The position numbers were made by a program, and so were the translations under genes. From the IMG/VR virus record IMGVR_UViG_3300047160_018755, positions 64,001-128,000 of that record: 64,000 nt of DNA; one strand, written 5' to 3'. The notes under the pieces are model-generated. The model saw only the letters and a program-made list of their open reading frames with translations. It was not told where the DNA came from and ran no database searches. The stretch comes from a virus. Numbering within the stretch: the stretch's first letter is position 1; each line of letters begins with the position of its first letter. Below are positions 10,758 to 18,891 of this stretch, piece after piece.

Positions 10758-10880
10758 TTACATTCGTAGATCCGCCCTGTGTCCGTCACTAAAGGGAAGC
10801 AGGACCTTCTTCCCGGCGCGCACCAGGGCTGCCAAGATCATCGCCTTGGATAAATCACCAACTCCTGTTGTATCGCGCAT
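10758..10880 (-). pseudogene. Truncated PD-(D/E)XK homing endonuclease relic
   Basis: MRDTTGVGDLSKAMILAALVRAGKKVLLPFSDGHRADL then stop; resembles the N-terminus of PDDEXK_5-type endonucleases. Confidence 0.6.
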
Positions 10881-10882
10881 TG

Positions 10883-10955
10883 TTGCGGAGGTCGGATTCG
10901 AACCGACGTATGGCTGGGTATGGGCCAGCTGAATGGGCCACTTTTCTACTCCGCA
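10883..10955 (-). tRNA. tRNA-Met(CAT)
   Basis: GCTGG-CCCATAC-CCAGC; GGTTCGAATCC; initiator/elongator/Ile2 identity not resolved. Confidence 0.8.
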
Positions 10956-10975
10956 GTGTATTTCTATCGAATCTG

Positions 10976-11050
10976 TAGGTCCGGTGGGGGATGATCCCAC
11001 AACCTTTCGCTTAAGAGGCGATTGCTCTGAACCAGTTGAGCTACGAACCT
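10976..11050 (-). tRNA. tRNA-Lys(CTT)
   Basis: Loop CTCTTAA; T-loop ATCATCC. Confidence 0.8.
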
Positions 11051-11107
11051 GTGGGGGTCTCTCCCTCAGTCAAGCCTGGATTTCGCGGCGGCTTTCCCTA
11101 CTTTGGC

Positions 11108-11184
11108 GCTGGCGACTTAAACCACTCGTCCACAGGCCCGATCTTTCGAACGAGCCCGGCGGGATTCGAACCCGCGTCTCCAGC
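11108..11184 (-). ncRNA. Permuted tRNA-like RNA B (YrlA-like)
   Basis: GCTGG-AGAC-GCGGG TTCGAAT CCCGC-CGGGCTC-GTTC GAAA GATC-GGGCCTG-TG-GAC GAGTGGTTTAA GTC-G-CCAGC. Confidence 0.8.
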
Positions 11185-11191
11185 AATTCCG

Positions 11192-11458
11192 TTACCTGCG
11201 CTTCTTGCTGTCGAGCTTGGTCGCGAACGACCTCTCGGCAGAGCGCTGAAGATCGAGAGCCTTGCTGTCCATCGTCGAGCCACGCTCGGTCACGACCCAG
11301 CCCCTGCTCCACTTGCCCTCGTCGTCCTCGGCACTGTCGATCAAGATCTCGACGTGCTTGCCGACCTTGGCGAAGCTTGTTGGAATGAAGGCGGTGTGAA
11401 TCTGCTTGCCGCCACCTTCGCACGGCCTTTCCATCCTGCATTGCGTGTACGATGCCAT
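11192..11458 (-). CDS. Hypothetical protein inside the tRNA cluster
   Basis: AAGGA RBS; 88 aa. Confidence 0.6.
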   Translation of the reverse strand: MASYTQCRMERPCEGGGKQIHTAFIPTSFAKVGKHVEILIDSAEDDEGKWSRGWVVTERGSTMDSKALDLQRSAERSFATKLDSKKRR

Positions 11459-11481
11459 CTGACTTCTCTCTTCCTTGTTTG

Positions 11482-11553
11482 TGGACCAGCAGGGAATCGA
11501 ACCCTGATCTCCGCAGTGCGAAAGCGGCGTCTTCCCATTGATACGACCAGCCC
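11482..11553 (-). tRNA. tRNA-Ala(CGC)
   Basis: G3:U70 pair, loop TTCGCAC. Confidence 0.85.
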
Positions 11554-11617
11554 AAAGTAATGGGTCGGTTACGACCGACTGGCACCTCGTGGATGCCATG
11601 TAGCCGACTGACCCTCG

Positions 11618-11689
11618 TGCGCCTCGCTGGGATCGAACCAACGGCCTCTCCCGTGTCATGGGATTGCTCTTCCGCTGAGCTAGAGGCGC
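11618..11689 (-). tRNA. tRNA-Val(GAC)
   Basis: Cloverleaf, loop ATGACAC. Confidence 0.85.
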
Positions 11690-11692
11690 AGG

Positions 11693-11766
11693 CTCCAGTG
11701 TGCTACCTTTACACTACCGCGCCCATAGTGGTGGGCTTGGGCGGACTTGAACCGCTACTCCTGGAG
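11693..11766 (-). ncRNA. Permuted tRNA-like RNA C
   Basis: CTCCAG-GAGTA-GCGG TTCAAGT CCGC-CCAAGCCC-ACCACTAT-GGGCGCGG-TA-GTGT AAAGGTA GCAC-A-CTGGAG. Confidence 0.75.
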
Positions 11767-11771
11767 TTTCG

Positions 11772-11843
11772 TGCGTCTTGATGGGATCGAACCACCGGCC
11801 TTTCCCGTGTGAAGGGACTGCTCTACCGCTGAGCTAAAGGCGC
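11772..11843 (-). tRNA. tRNA-Val(CAC)
   Basis: Cloverleaf, loop TTCACAC. Confidence 0.9.
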
Positions 11844-11910
11844 ATGTTTGGGAGTCTTCTTCACTCCCCACGTCTTGGACTATTTAATTTTCAGAGATCC
11901 GAACCCACTC

Positions 11911-11987
11911 TGGCTCCGGAGGACCGACTCGAACGGTCATCTACATCTGGTTAACAGCCAGGCGCTCTGCCATTGAGCTACCCCGGA
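11911..11987 (-). tRNA. tRNA-Asn(GTT)
   Basis: TCCGGGG/CTCCGGA, loop CTGTTAA, CCA. Confidence 0.9.
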
Positions 11988-12013
11988 AAACGCCTGGCCT
12001 GATCGGCTCAGGG

Positions 12014-12133
12014 TTACTTCAGGGTGGCTTCTACTTTGGCGCCGCCAGCCCACCCCATGCCGGCAGCGCACACGTTCGCCTCGGCCTTATTGGCCTCCGC
12101 GATCATGACGTTGACGTTGGTGTTGGTGAGCAT
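12014..12133 (-). CDS. Putative leader peptide of tRNA operon 1 (39 aa)
   Basis: MLTNTNVNVMIAEANKAEANVCAAGMGWAGGAKVEATLK; TAATCT motif and GAGG upstream; 26 nt before tRNA-Asn. Confidence 0.65.
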   Translation of the reverse strand: MLTNTNVNVMIAEANKAEANVCAAGMGWAGGAKVEATLK

Positions 12134-12265
12134 GACTGGAACCCTCAGTAGATTAGGACTCGAAAACCGATCCACTACACTTCTATCGAATCTCGACGGA
12201 GAAAGCAAGCGAATACGTACATCCCCGCATTGCTTTTTCTGGCGTAACCTGTAGGGTGACGCGCC

Positions 12266-13057
12266 ATGGGAACAGAGGGTAGCAAGCGCAGGGCGGATGT
12301 GGTAGTATCGTCGAATGAGCACGGGGTTTGCATCTTCCACCCCACGAACCTGAGAGCACAGACGTGGCTGGCACAGAACGTGTCGGCCGAGTTCCACGAC
12401 AACGGCCACGTACGCTGTGGCCCGTTCAAGGCGGCGCAGCTGGTCTACTGGCTCGCCCTGGAAGGATTCGAGGTCAAATGACGAGCCGCATCAGACGCAA
12501 GACGCCGGTCAAGAAGCTCTACCCGTCCCAGGTCAAGGCCGAGTGGAAGAGCCTGGGACGTCGCGCCATACGCTTGTGGAAGCTGTCGGCGGGGCTCGAC
12601 CCCGAAATCGACAAGCTCTTCAAGCGCATGGACGCGTGTGATCGTGCGATGGCTAGGGAAGCTCGACGTCAGAGGCGCGAAGCTTCCGTACGATAGCGTC
12701 CGCCTCGTCCGGAGGCACGCCGTGCTGCTGGAGCAGTCCAGAGAGGCGCTCGAACACGTGGTTGACGCCGAACGTGAAGCTGTCGCTGTTGCGCGACACC
12801 ACCGCACCAGGTGGGCGCCAGCACACGATGCAGCGCTCCGCGGTGACATCCTCGTCCGTGGGGAGGGATTCCTGTGGCGCGGCGCCGCCCGGCACGGTCA
12901 CGTCTTCCTCTGCGTCTACAACAGATACGCTCATTTCGCACTCCTGGGGTTGACCGATCATGTTCGCCGGTATATCACACTGCATCCTGTCAGGGAAGCC
13001 CTTATCGCACAAAAGCGCCACGATCGTGACACCTACAATGGATCTCACAATACGTAG
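12266..13057 (+). other. Hypothetical genes 12266-12481, 12478-12696, about 12638-13057
   Basis: Overlapping ORFs, no family recognised. Confidence 0.45.
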
Positions 13058-13168
13058 GGCCCCGGATAGCTTTAACCGCTGCATGTGGTAGTTTGAAAAC
13101 CATGGAAGGCACGCAAGACACGGTGTCGAGCGGCCAGCAAAAAGCAGTTGGGGAGAAAGGAAACGACC

Positions 13169-14029
13169 ATGACCACCAGCACGAAGAACGGCAACCAGGG
13201 GCAGAACAACAACACCGAGAAGAAGGGCGGCACGCTCAGCTCAGCTGACGCATTGCAGCTCCTCTTCTCCACGGCAAACGCGCAGGGGTTGGAGCACGAC
13301 CGCGTCAACCCCGCACGGGTAGTGGAGCTGAAGAAGACGCTGGGCCGGTGGAAGAGGCCCAAGATCATCACGACGCCGAAGGGTGTCATCCTGCAAGGTG
13401 CCGACTACGTCGCGGCGCTGGCGGCAGCACCGAACGTCGAGGCCGAAGTGGACATCGACAGAACGGGCACGACCTCAAGGCGGGAGCTAAAGAAACCCGC
13501 AACTCCTGTCGAAGCTCTCACCAAGGCGGGAATCCAGGACGCAGCCTTCAAGCTGGCGGTCTGGCGCGGGCTCAGGGAGGGGGCAACATCCAACCCCGAG
13601 GCGGACACACCGAAGCAGCTGGTCGAGAAGCTCGCAGACCCGGCGTTCCTCAAGCCGTTCGAGGCGCTCAAGGCACCCTACGATGCCGTGTCGTCGCAGG
13701 GCGTGGCCAAAGCAGGGAGGCTGCGGTCCAAGATCGCATTTGCGGCCTTCCACCTGGCATACGCAGCCAACCCCAAGGTGATCGTCCAGCTGTACTCGGA
13801 CTTCATCGCAGGGAAGGCGCCCGCCGGCTCGCCGCTGGAGAAGCTCCTTCACGCAGCGAGGCACGACAACATCAACAGCGGCTCCGGCCGGCGTCCCTTC
13901 ATGCTGAAAGCCAGCATCCTGCTCGCAGCGCAGCTGGCAGGGGAGAAGGTCGAGCGCGCATCCGCAGACCCCGCGAAGGGTGAGAAGGCCGTCCAGATCT
14001 TCCTCTCCCAGACGCAGGGGAATGCCTGA
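13169..14029 (+). CDS. Degenerate ParB-like N-terminal domain protein
   Basis: RVNPARVVELKKTLGRWKRPKIITTPKGVILQGADYVAAL resembles phage ParB-N families, with QGADY where DGQHR is usual. Confidence 0.45.
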   Translation: MTTSTKNGNQGQNNNTEKKGGTLSSADALQLLFSTANAQGLEHDRVNPARVVELKKTLGRWKRPKIITTPKGVILQGADYVAALAAAPNVEAEVDIDRTGTTSRRELKKPATPVEALTKAGIQDAAFKLAVWRGLREGATSNPEADTPKQLVEKLADPAFLKPFEALKAPYDAVSSQGVAKAGRLRSKIAFAAFHLAYAANPKVIVQLYSDFIAGKAPAGSPLEKLLHAARHDNINSGSGRRPFMLKASILLAAQLAGEKVERASADPAKGEKAVQIFLSQTQGNA

Positions 14030-14056
14030 CGTAGCAGGCGGCGGCGTCGAGGATTT

Positions 14057-14089
14057 AGGCCGGTAGGGATCTTCCCTACCGGCCTTTTT
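14057..14089 (+). terminator. Rho-independent terminator
   Basis: AGGCCGGTAGGGA-TCT-TCCCTACCGGCCT then TTTT. Confidence 0.85.
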
Positions 14090-14156
14090 CATTTCTGCGG
14101 ATTCTCCTTACCTTACCTACACTTCCGAGAAAGGTGCCGGTCCTTACGTTTCACCG

Positions 14157-14185
14157 TTGACAGTAAAAATGGCCCGTGGTAATCT
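14157..14185 (+). promoter_or_regulatory. sigma70-type promoter
   Basis: TTGACA-17nt-TAATCT upstream of ATG 14193. Confidence 0.8.
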
Positions 14186-14192
14186 CTGATCC

Positions 14193-15417
14193 ATGGTGAA
14201 CGCACACAAGATCGAGGTCGTAGTTCCGAGGGATGACGAGAAGCGCTTCTGTGACCTTCTCCATCTGAATGGTTTCGTCACAGAGGTCGAGCGCCCCGAT
14301 GGGCGACCGGTGGTGATTCACGTCTCCATCGCAGCGGAGCAGGTCGAGGGCGCGGATGACACGCAGCCCTACCGCTTCGGGGCGGTGGCCTGATGAACGT
14401 CAAGATCAACCGGAAGGACGCGAGCGGCTGGGTCGGCGCCACCGTCAAGGTCCGCAAGCACGAGAACCCCGACTACGTGGGCCAGGAGGGTGTCGTCACG
14501 AACTCCCTGCCGGCGTCCGATGGGAGCGTGTGGTCGCTGCACGTGCGGCTGACCCGGTTCCCGGAGATGAAGAGCCCGCTCATCTTCGCGCCCGACGAGG
14601 TCGAGCGCCAGGGCCTGACGAACTAGCCCATGTGGCGGTTCCTCCTCGGCCTGGCGCTGGGGCTTCTCGTGGGGGCCGGCGTGGTGCCGGTCCGCAAGCA
14701 CCTGCGCGAGATCTTCCACGTCGTGGCCGAGGGCGTTCGATGAAGGCGTACGGCGTGCCTCGCAAGCACGCCCCGGGCAGGAAGATCCGCGGCACCAGCC
14801 GCGACTGCCCATGCTGCGGGTCCATCAAGGGCCACAAGTGTAACCGCAAGAGCCAGCGCAAGCGTGCGCGCAGCCAAGAGACCGAGGAGTGACCGTGGAA
14901 CAAGGCATCCAGATCTACGTCGACGGCCAGTGGCTCTACGTGCCGGCCGTGAACGCCGAGCACGCCGACAACCTCCACCGGCTCAGCAACGAGGTCGTCG
15001 CGCACATGCAGGTTCGTCGCGTCGCGAAAACTGCCGAGGGCCACATCGTCACGATCCACGCTACCGAGTGATCCCGACAAAGTCCTGGACTTCCAAGTAA
15101 CGATCTGGTAAATTCTAACCATGGACAGAGCAACTGATCTTTGCACTTGCGGCAAGCCTCGCGACGAGCACGGTGATTTCTTCGATCTCACGCAGCACAC
15201 GTTCTTCCCGAACCCGCAGCCGAATGCGGTGCCCAAGAAGAGCATGATCGAGCGCGTGGAGAAGTTCCTCGGCGCGCAGGGCTACGTGATGGCGTCCGCG
15301 GACAACGAGTTCCGCACCAACGATTCTACGTTCCGCGTCCGCGAGGACGACGGAACGATCTGGGAGGTCGCGGTGATTCTCCGGAGGGGTCCAGCAGCAA
15401 GCTCGGAGGGTGTGTAG
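14193..15417 (+). other. Small hypothetical genes (14193-14393, 14393-14626, 14889-15071, 15121-15417 and others)
   Basis: Stop-start coupling; TGGACT-17-TAAATT at 15086-15114. Confidence 0.55.
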
Positions 15418-15501
15418 CACGCGGTTTTTGGTCGGTTCCCCGCGTGTGAGTGGCCTCATGCAATTCCCCGGTCTGGGTAGTGCCGAGCTATGACGGGGGC
15501 G

Positions 15502-15540
15502 AGCCCCGGCAGCCGAAAGGTTGCCGGGGCTTTCTTCTTT
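15502..15540 (+). terminator. Rho-independent terminator
   Basis: AGCCCCGGCAGCC-GAAA-GGTTGCCGGGGCT then TTCTTCTTT. Confidence 0.85.
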
Positions 15541-15583
15541 CTGGGGTCTTGACTTTGTCGGGGATCCTGGTATGGTCGAATCC

Positions 15584-16003
15584 ATGAACAATTTCCAGCC
15601 CCGTTCGAGTCTCACCAAGTACGTCGTCGTCTCCGTCACCGGCCTGGTGGTGCTCGTCGCCACGCTGATGCTGGTCATCCCGCCCTACAGCGTTTGGAGT
15701 GCGACCAAGACCGGCCAGGCCGAGCTGGCGCAGGCGACGCTGAACCGGCAGATCAAGGTCCAGGAGGCCGAGTCCCTGAAGGCCGCTGCGGCCTACCAGG
15801 CGGACGCCGAGGTCATCCGAGCCCAGGGCGTCGCCAAGGCCAACAAGATCATCGGCGACAGCCTGAAGGACAACGACGCGTATCTGCGCTACCTCTGGGT
15901 GAACGCCCTGAACGAGAAGCAGGGCGACAAGGAGATCGTCTACGTGCCCACCGAGGCGAACCTCCCCATCTTGGAGGCTGGGCGCAGCACGAAGGGAAAG
16001 TAG
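15584..16003 (+). CDS. Short SPFH/Band-7-like phage membrane protein
   Basis: N-terminal TM, then AEAEVIRAQGVAKANKIIGDSL...YLRYLW...IVYVPTEANLPILEA; TTGACT-16-TATGGT upstream. Confidence 0.7.
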   Translation: MNNFQPRSSLTKYVVVSVTGLVVLVATLMLVIPPYSVWSATKTGQAELAQATLNRQIKVQEAESLKAAAAYQADAEVIRAQGVAKANKIIGDSLKDNDAYLRYLWVNALNEKQGDKEIVYVPTEANLPILEAGRSTKGK

Positions 16004-16004
16004 C

Positions 16005-16792
16005 ATGGCGCACCACAAGCGGGTCGTTTGGGAGTTCAACTGCCCGCGGTGTGGGAGTCACTACTTCGGCACCGTCGCCGGCCCGAACCCCAAAGACTAC
16101 TGGAACGGGGCCGAGGGCCACTGCAACGGCGACGGTGACAACAGCTGCAAGTTCAAGTGGCCGCGCTCGGAGGATTGGCTGTACTTCTCCGAGAACGTGA
16201 CCACCAAGTTCGACTCCAAGGAGGCGTACGACGTGGCGAAGAACCGAGCGGAGGGACCCTACCATGAAACGCCCAAGCGGTACAACTGAATACAGCGGAC
16301 GCGACCCCAAGCGCATCCAGCGCATGGCCAGGCAGATTGTCGACCTGTGGGTGTGCTACCCTGACATGAGGCTCGGCCAGCTGCTGTGCAATCTGGATCC
16401 CGAGTTCGGGAAAAACACGTGGAACTTCGAGGACGACAAGCTCGAAGCTTCCCTGAAGAAGGTGCTGGACAACGGCGGCTATTTCAAGTAGGGTGGATCC
16501 CATGGTGACAGAAAAGGACAAAGACCAGCTCCTCTTGGGGCTCCACGGACCCATCTTCCTCCGTCTCGAAGACGGCGAGCGCGTCGGCGTCGACGTCTCC
16601 CAGACCGGCCAGATGAGCCGCTGGGAGCCGGTCCTCGAAGCAGCCAAGGTCCTCGTGAAGGACGGCTTCCTGGAGAAGCCTGTCCACAACGGCACGCCGC
16701 ACATCTTCTACCGGTTCACGGAGAAGGGCAAGAAGGCCCACCGCGACCTGTGGGCGGCTGTCGAAACCTCTCGCGCAAGGCAGGCCCGATGA
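16005..16792 (+). other. Three hypothetical genes (16005-16289, 16264-16491, about 16502-16792)
   Basis: Contiguous coding-like ORFs. Confidence 0.55.
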
Positions 16793-17415
16793 GCAAGGTG
16801 ACGAGTCTCGACTCGCTGTACGACGACAAGGAGCGCCCCTACATCCCGCCGCCGCGCGGATGCATGGAATGCTACATCCCGGCCGCGGCCCGGAAAGCCA
16901 CCTGCGCCTGCTGCCCGCCGACGCGCAGCACCTGCATGCACGTCGAGCATTTCAGCTCGATCAAGACGGACTTCGACAAGCGCGGCTTCTTCTACGTCGG
17001 CTGCGGAGGTTCGCGCACGACCTACTCGCGCAAGGGATCGAACTACGTCTACAAGGTCCCCAGCGATCGATACGGCTACCTCGACAACTGGTTCGAGTCC
17101 CTGGTCTGGCAGGAGCGCGCCCACCTTCGCGCCCACAACATCCCCATGGGAGATCGTATCGCCCGCTGCTCGATGCTGCCCAGCGGCGTTCTCGTCATGG
17201 AGAAGATGGAGAACGCGAGGCACTGGGCACACAGCATCGAGATGGCCACTCAGATCGACCCGACCCTCGCCAACGACCCCGCGACAACCGCCTTCTACGA
17301 CATCGACGGTGGCCAGGGCGGCTTCGATCGCAACAAGCACTTCCGCCTGTACGACTACACCCACGGCACCCATCTCGTGGAGGATCCCGCCCTCGCCCAA
17401 ATGATGGCCATCTGA
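16789..17415 (+). CDS. Atypical protein-kinase-like protein
   Basis: GCGGSRTTY Gly loop, VYKVP Lys, LVMEK hinge, DIDGGQGG and LYDY in catalytic-loop and DFG-like positions. Confidence 0.5.
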   Translation: MSKVTSLDSLYDDKERPYIPPPRGCMECYIPAAARKATCACCPPTRSTCMHVEHFSSIKTDFDKRGFFYVGCGGSRTTYSRKGSNYVYKVPSDRYGYLDNWFESLVWQERAHLRAHNIPMGDRIARCSMLPSGVLVMEKMENARHWAHSIEMATQIDPTLANDPATTAFYDIDGGQGGFDRNKHFRLYDYTHGTHLVEDPALAQMMAI

Positions 17416-17418
17416 GGC

Positions 17419-17447
17419 TTGACTTCGGGATCGAGTTGTAGTACAGT
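17419..17447 (+). promoter_or_regulatory. sigma70-type promoter
   Basis: TTGACT-17nt-TACAGT. Confidence 0.7.
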
Positions 17448-17477
17448 CTTTTCAATGGCAACCACCCAGGAGAGCAA

Positions 17478-18212
17478 ATGACCGCCACCGTTCGCAGCCT
17501 TCCCCGTCCGGCCACCCGCCCCGACCTCGACACCAGCCAGTACCCGCTGCGCTACGTCGAGTTCTGGCAGATGCGCGGGCAGAAGTACAACCCGCAGAAG
17601 CGCGTCGATCGCGGTCGCAAGCAGCTCAAGGAGCTGAAGGAGAGCGTCGCCCAGTACGGCATCGTCGACGCCCCGGTGCTCACCTCCGACCTGGAGATCG
17701 TGGACGGCCACCGTCGTCGCGCGGTCGGCACGGACCTGGCCCTCGGCGGCTGCATGTGCCGCATCGCCCCCTTCGACTCGAAGGACCCGCGCGCCGATCT
17801 CCTCTACCAGGTGCTCAACACCGCGGAGGTCATGCCCGGCCGCCAGAAGCTGGAGGTGGTCGCCAAGGGCGGCCCCGGCTCGAAGGAGATCGTGGCCACG
17901 TGGGCCCAGATCAAGAAGTCCCTCGGCGACGAGGGGCCCTACATCGAGATGTTCGCCGAGCACGGCTACGTCGGGCAGTTGTGGAAGAACTGCACCCGCG
18001 TCGCGGACCTGCTGTTCAACAACGGCATCCTCAAGGACCGCCCTGCGCGCGAGTCCTTCGTCCACCGCGCCGTCATGAAGTGGCAGTGCACGGGCGAGCA
18101 CCGCCAGGAGGCGTGCAAGATCTACTGCACCAAGATCGGCAAGGGCATCCCGGGCTACAAGGTCCAGTCGCTCTGGAAGGCGATCGAGACCGGCGCCAAC
18201 GTCGAGGTCTGA
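17478..18212 (+). CDS. ParB/Srx N-terminal domain protein
   Basis: YNPQKR...LKESVAQYGIVDAPVL...IVDGHRRRA. Confidence 0.75.
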   Translation: MTATVRSLPRPATRPDLDTSQYPLRYVEFWQMRGQKYNPQKRVDRGRKQLKELKESVAQYGIVDAPVLTSDLEIVDGHRRRAVGTDLALGGCMCRIAPFDSKDPRADLLYQVLNTAEVMPGRQKLEVVAKGGPGSKEIVATWAQIKKSLGDEGPYIEMFAEHGYVGQLWKNCTRVADLLFNNGILKDRPARESFVHRAVMKWQCTGEHRQEACKIYCTKIGKGIPGYKVQSLWKAIETGANVEV

Positions 18213-18213
18213 C

Positions 18214-18555
18214 GTGAAGGTCAGGACCCCAGCCGAGCTTCTCACCGAAGCTCGGGCCCTCATCGCGAAGGGCTGGTGCCAGGGTGCGTCCGCTCGGGAC
18301 GTGCACGGGATCCCGGCCGACTTCTGGGGGCAGAAGGCGGTGACGTTCTGCATGTCCGGGGCTCTGTGCCGGATGGAGAACTTCATCTTCGACGCCCACC
18401 GGACCAGCCGCAACATCCTCTACAGCGTGATCGAGGTCAACAACCTCGCCACGTGGAACGACCGCGAGGGCCGCACCCAGGAAGAGGTGCTCGCCGCCTT
18501 CGACAAGGCCATCGCGATCGCGAAGGACCTTGACATCTCCGAACGGATCCGCTAA
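18214..18555 (+). CDS. DUF6197-like phage protein
   Basis: GWCQG...FCMSGAL...WNDREGRTQEEVLAAFDKA. Confidence 0.6.
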   Translation: MKVRTPAELLTEARALIAKGWCQGASARDVHGIPADFWGQKAVTFCMSGALCRMENFIFDAHRTSRNILYSVIEVNNLATWNDREGRTQEEVLAAFDKAIAIAKDLDISERIR

Positions 18556-18558
18556 GGT
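18530..18558 (+). promoter_or_regulatory. sigma70-type promoter
   Basis: TTGACA-17nt-TAAGGT. Confidence 0.75.
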
Positions 18559-18891
18559 ACACACCATGAACAAGTTCTCGAACGTCAAACGGAAGATCCT
18601 GGGGCTCGTCGAGCGCAGCGTCCAGGAAGGGTTCTACCTCGCCAAGGGCTGCCAGATGCAGTTCGGGTCCGACAACGGGGATGAGACCGGCTTCTGCCTG
18701 GTCGGCCTGATCGCCCACAAGGCGAACAAGACCGGCAAGCCGACCTACTACCTCACCGCGGGTGCCGAGTTCCTCGACATCAGCGTTGGCCAGGCCTGTC
18801 AGCTGGAGGCGGGGTTCGAGGGGTGGACCCACTACAACACCGAGGACGAGTTCTACAAGCTCGGCAACCACATCAGGGAGACGTACGCGTC

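Noticed and set aside
11047-11139. Degenerate Cys/Ser-like tRNA starting GGGCCTG
   Set aside because: No valid anticodon loop or T-arm downstream; better explained as the 3' half of permuted element B
10500-11766. The permuted elements as true split or permuted tRNA genes to be ligated by RtcB
   Set aside because: Joining the ends gives no 7-nt loop with U33 in the canonical register, and element A has no acceptor pairing; kept as tRNA mimics instead
9416-11987. Regularly spaced GGxxTCGAACC repeats that could suggest a CRISPR array
   Set aside because: They are T-arm sequences of tRNA genes; no constant repeat-spacer periodicity and no cas genes
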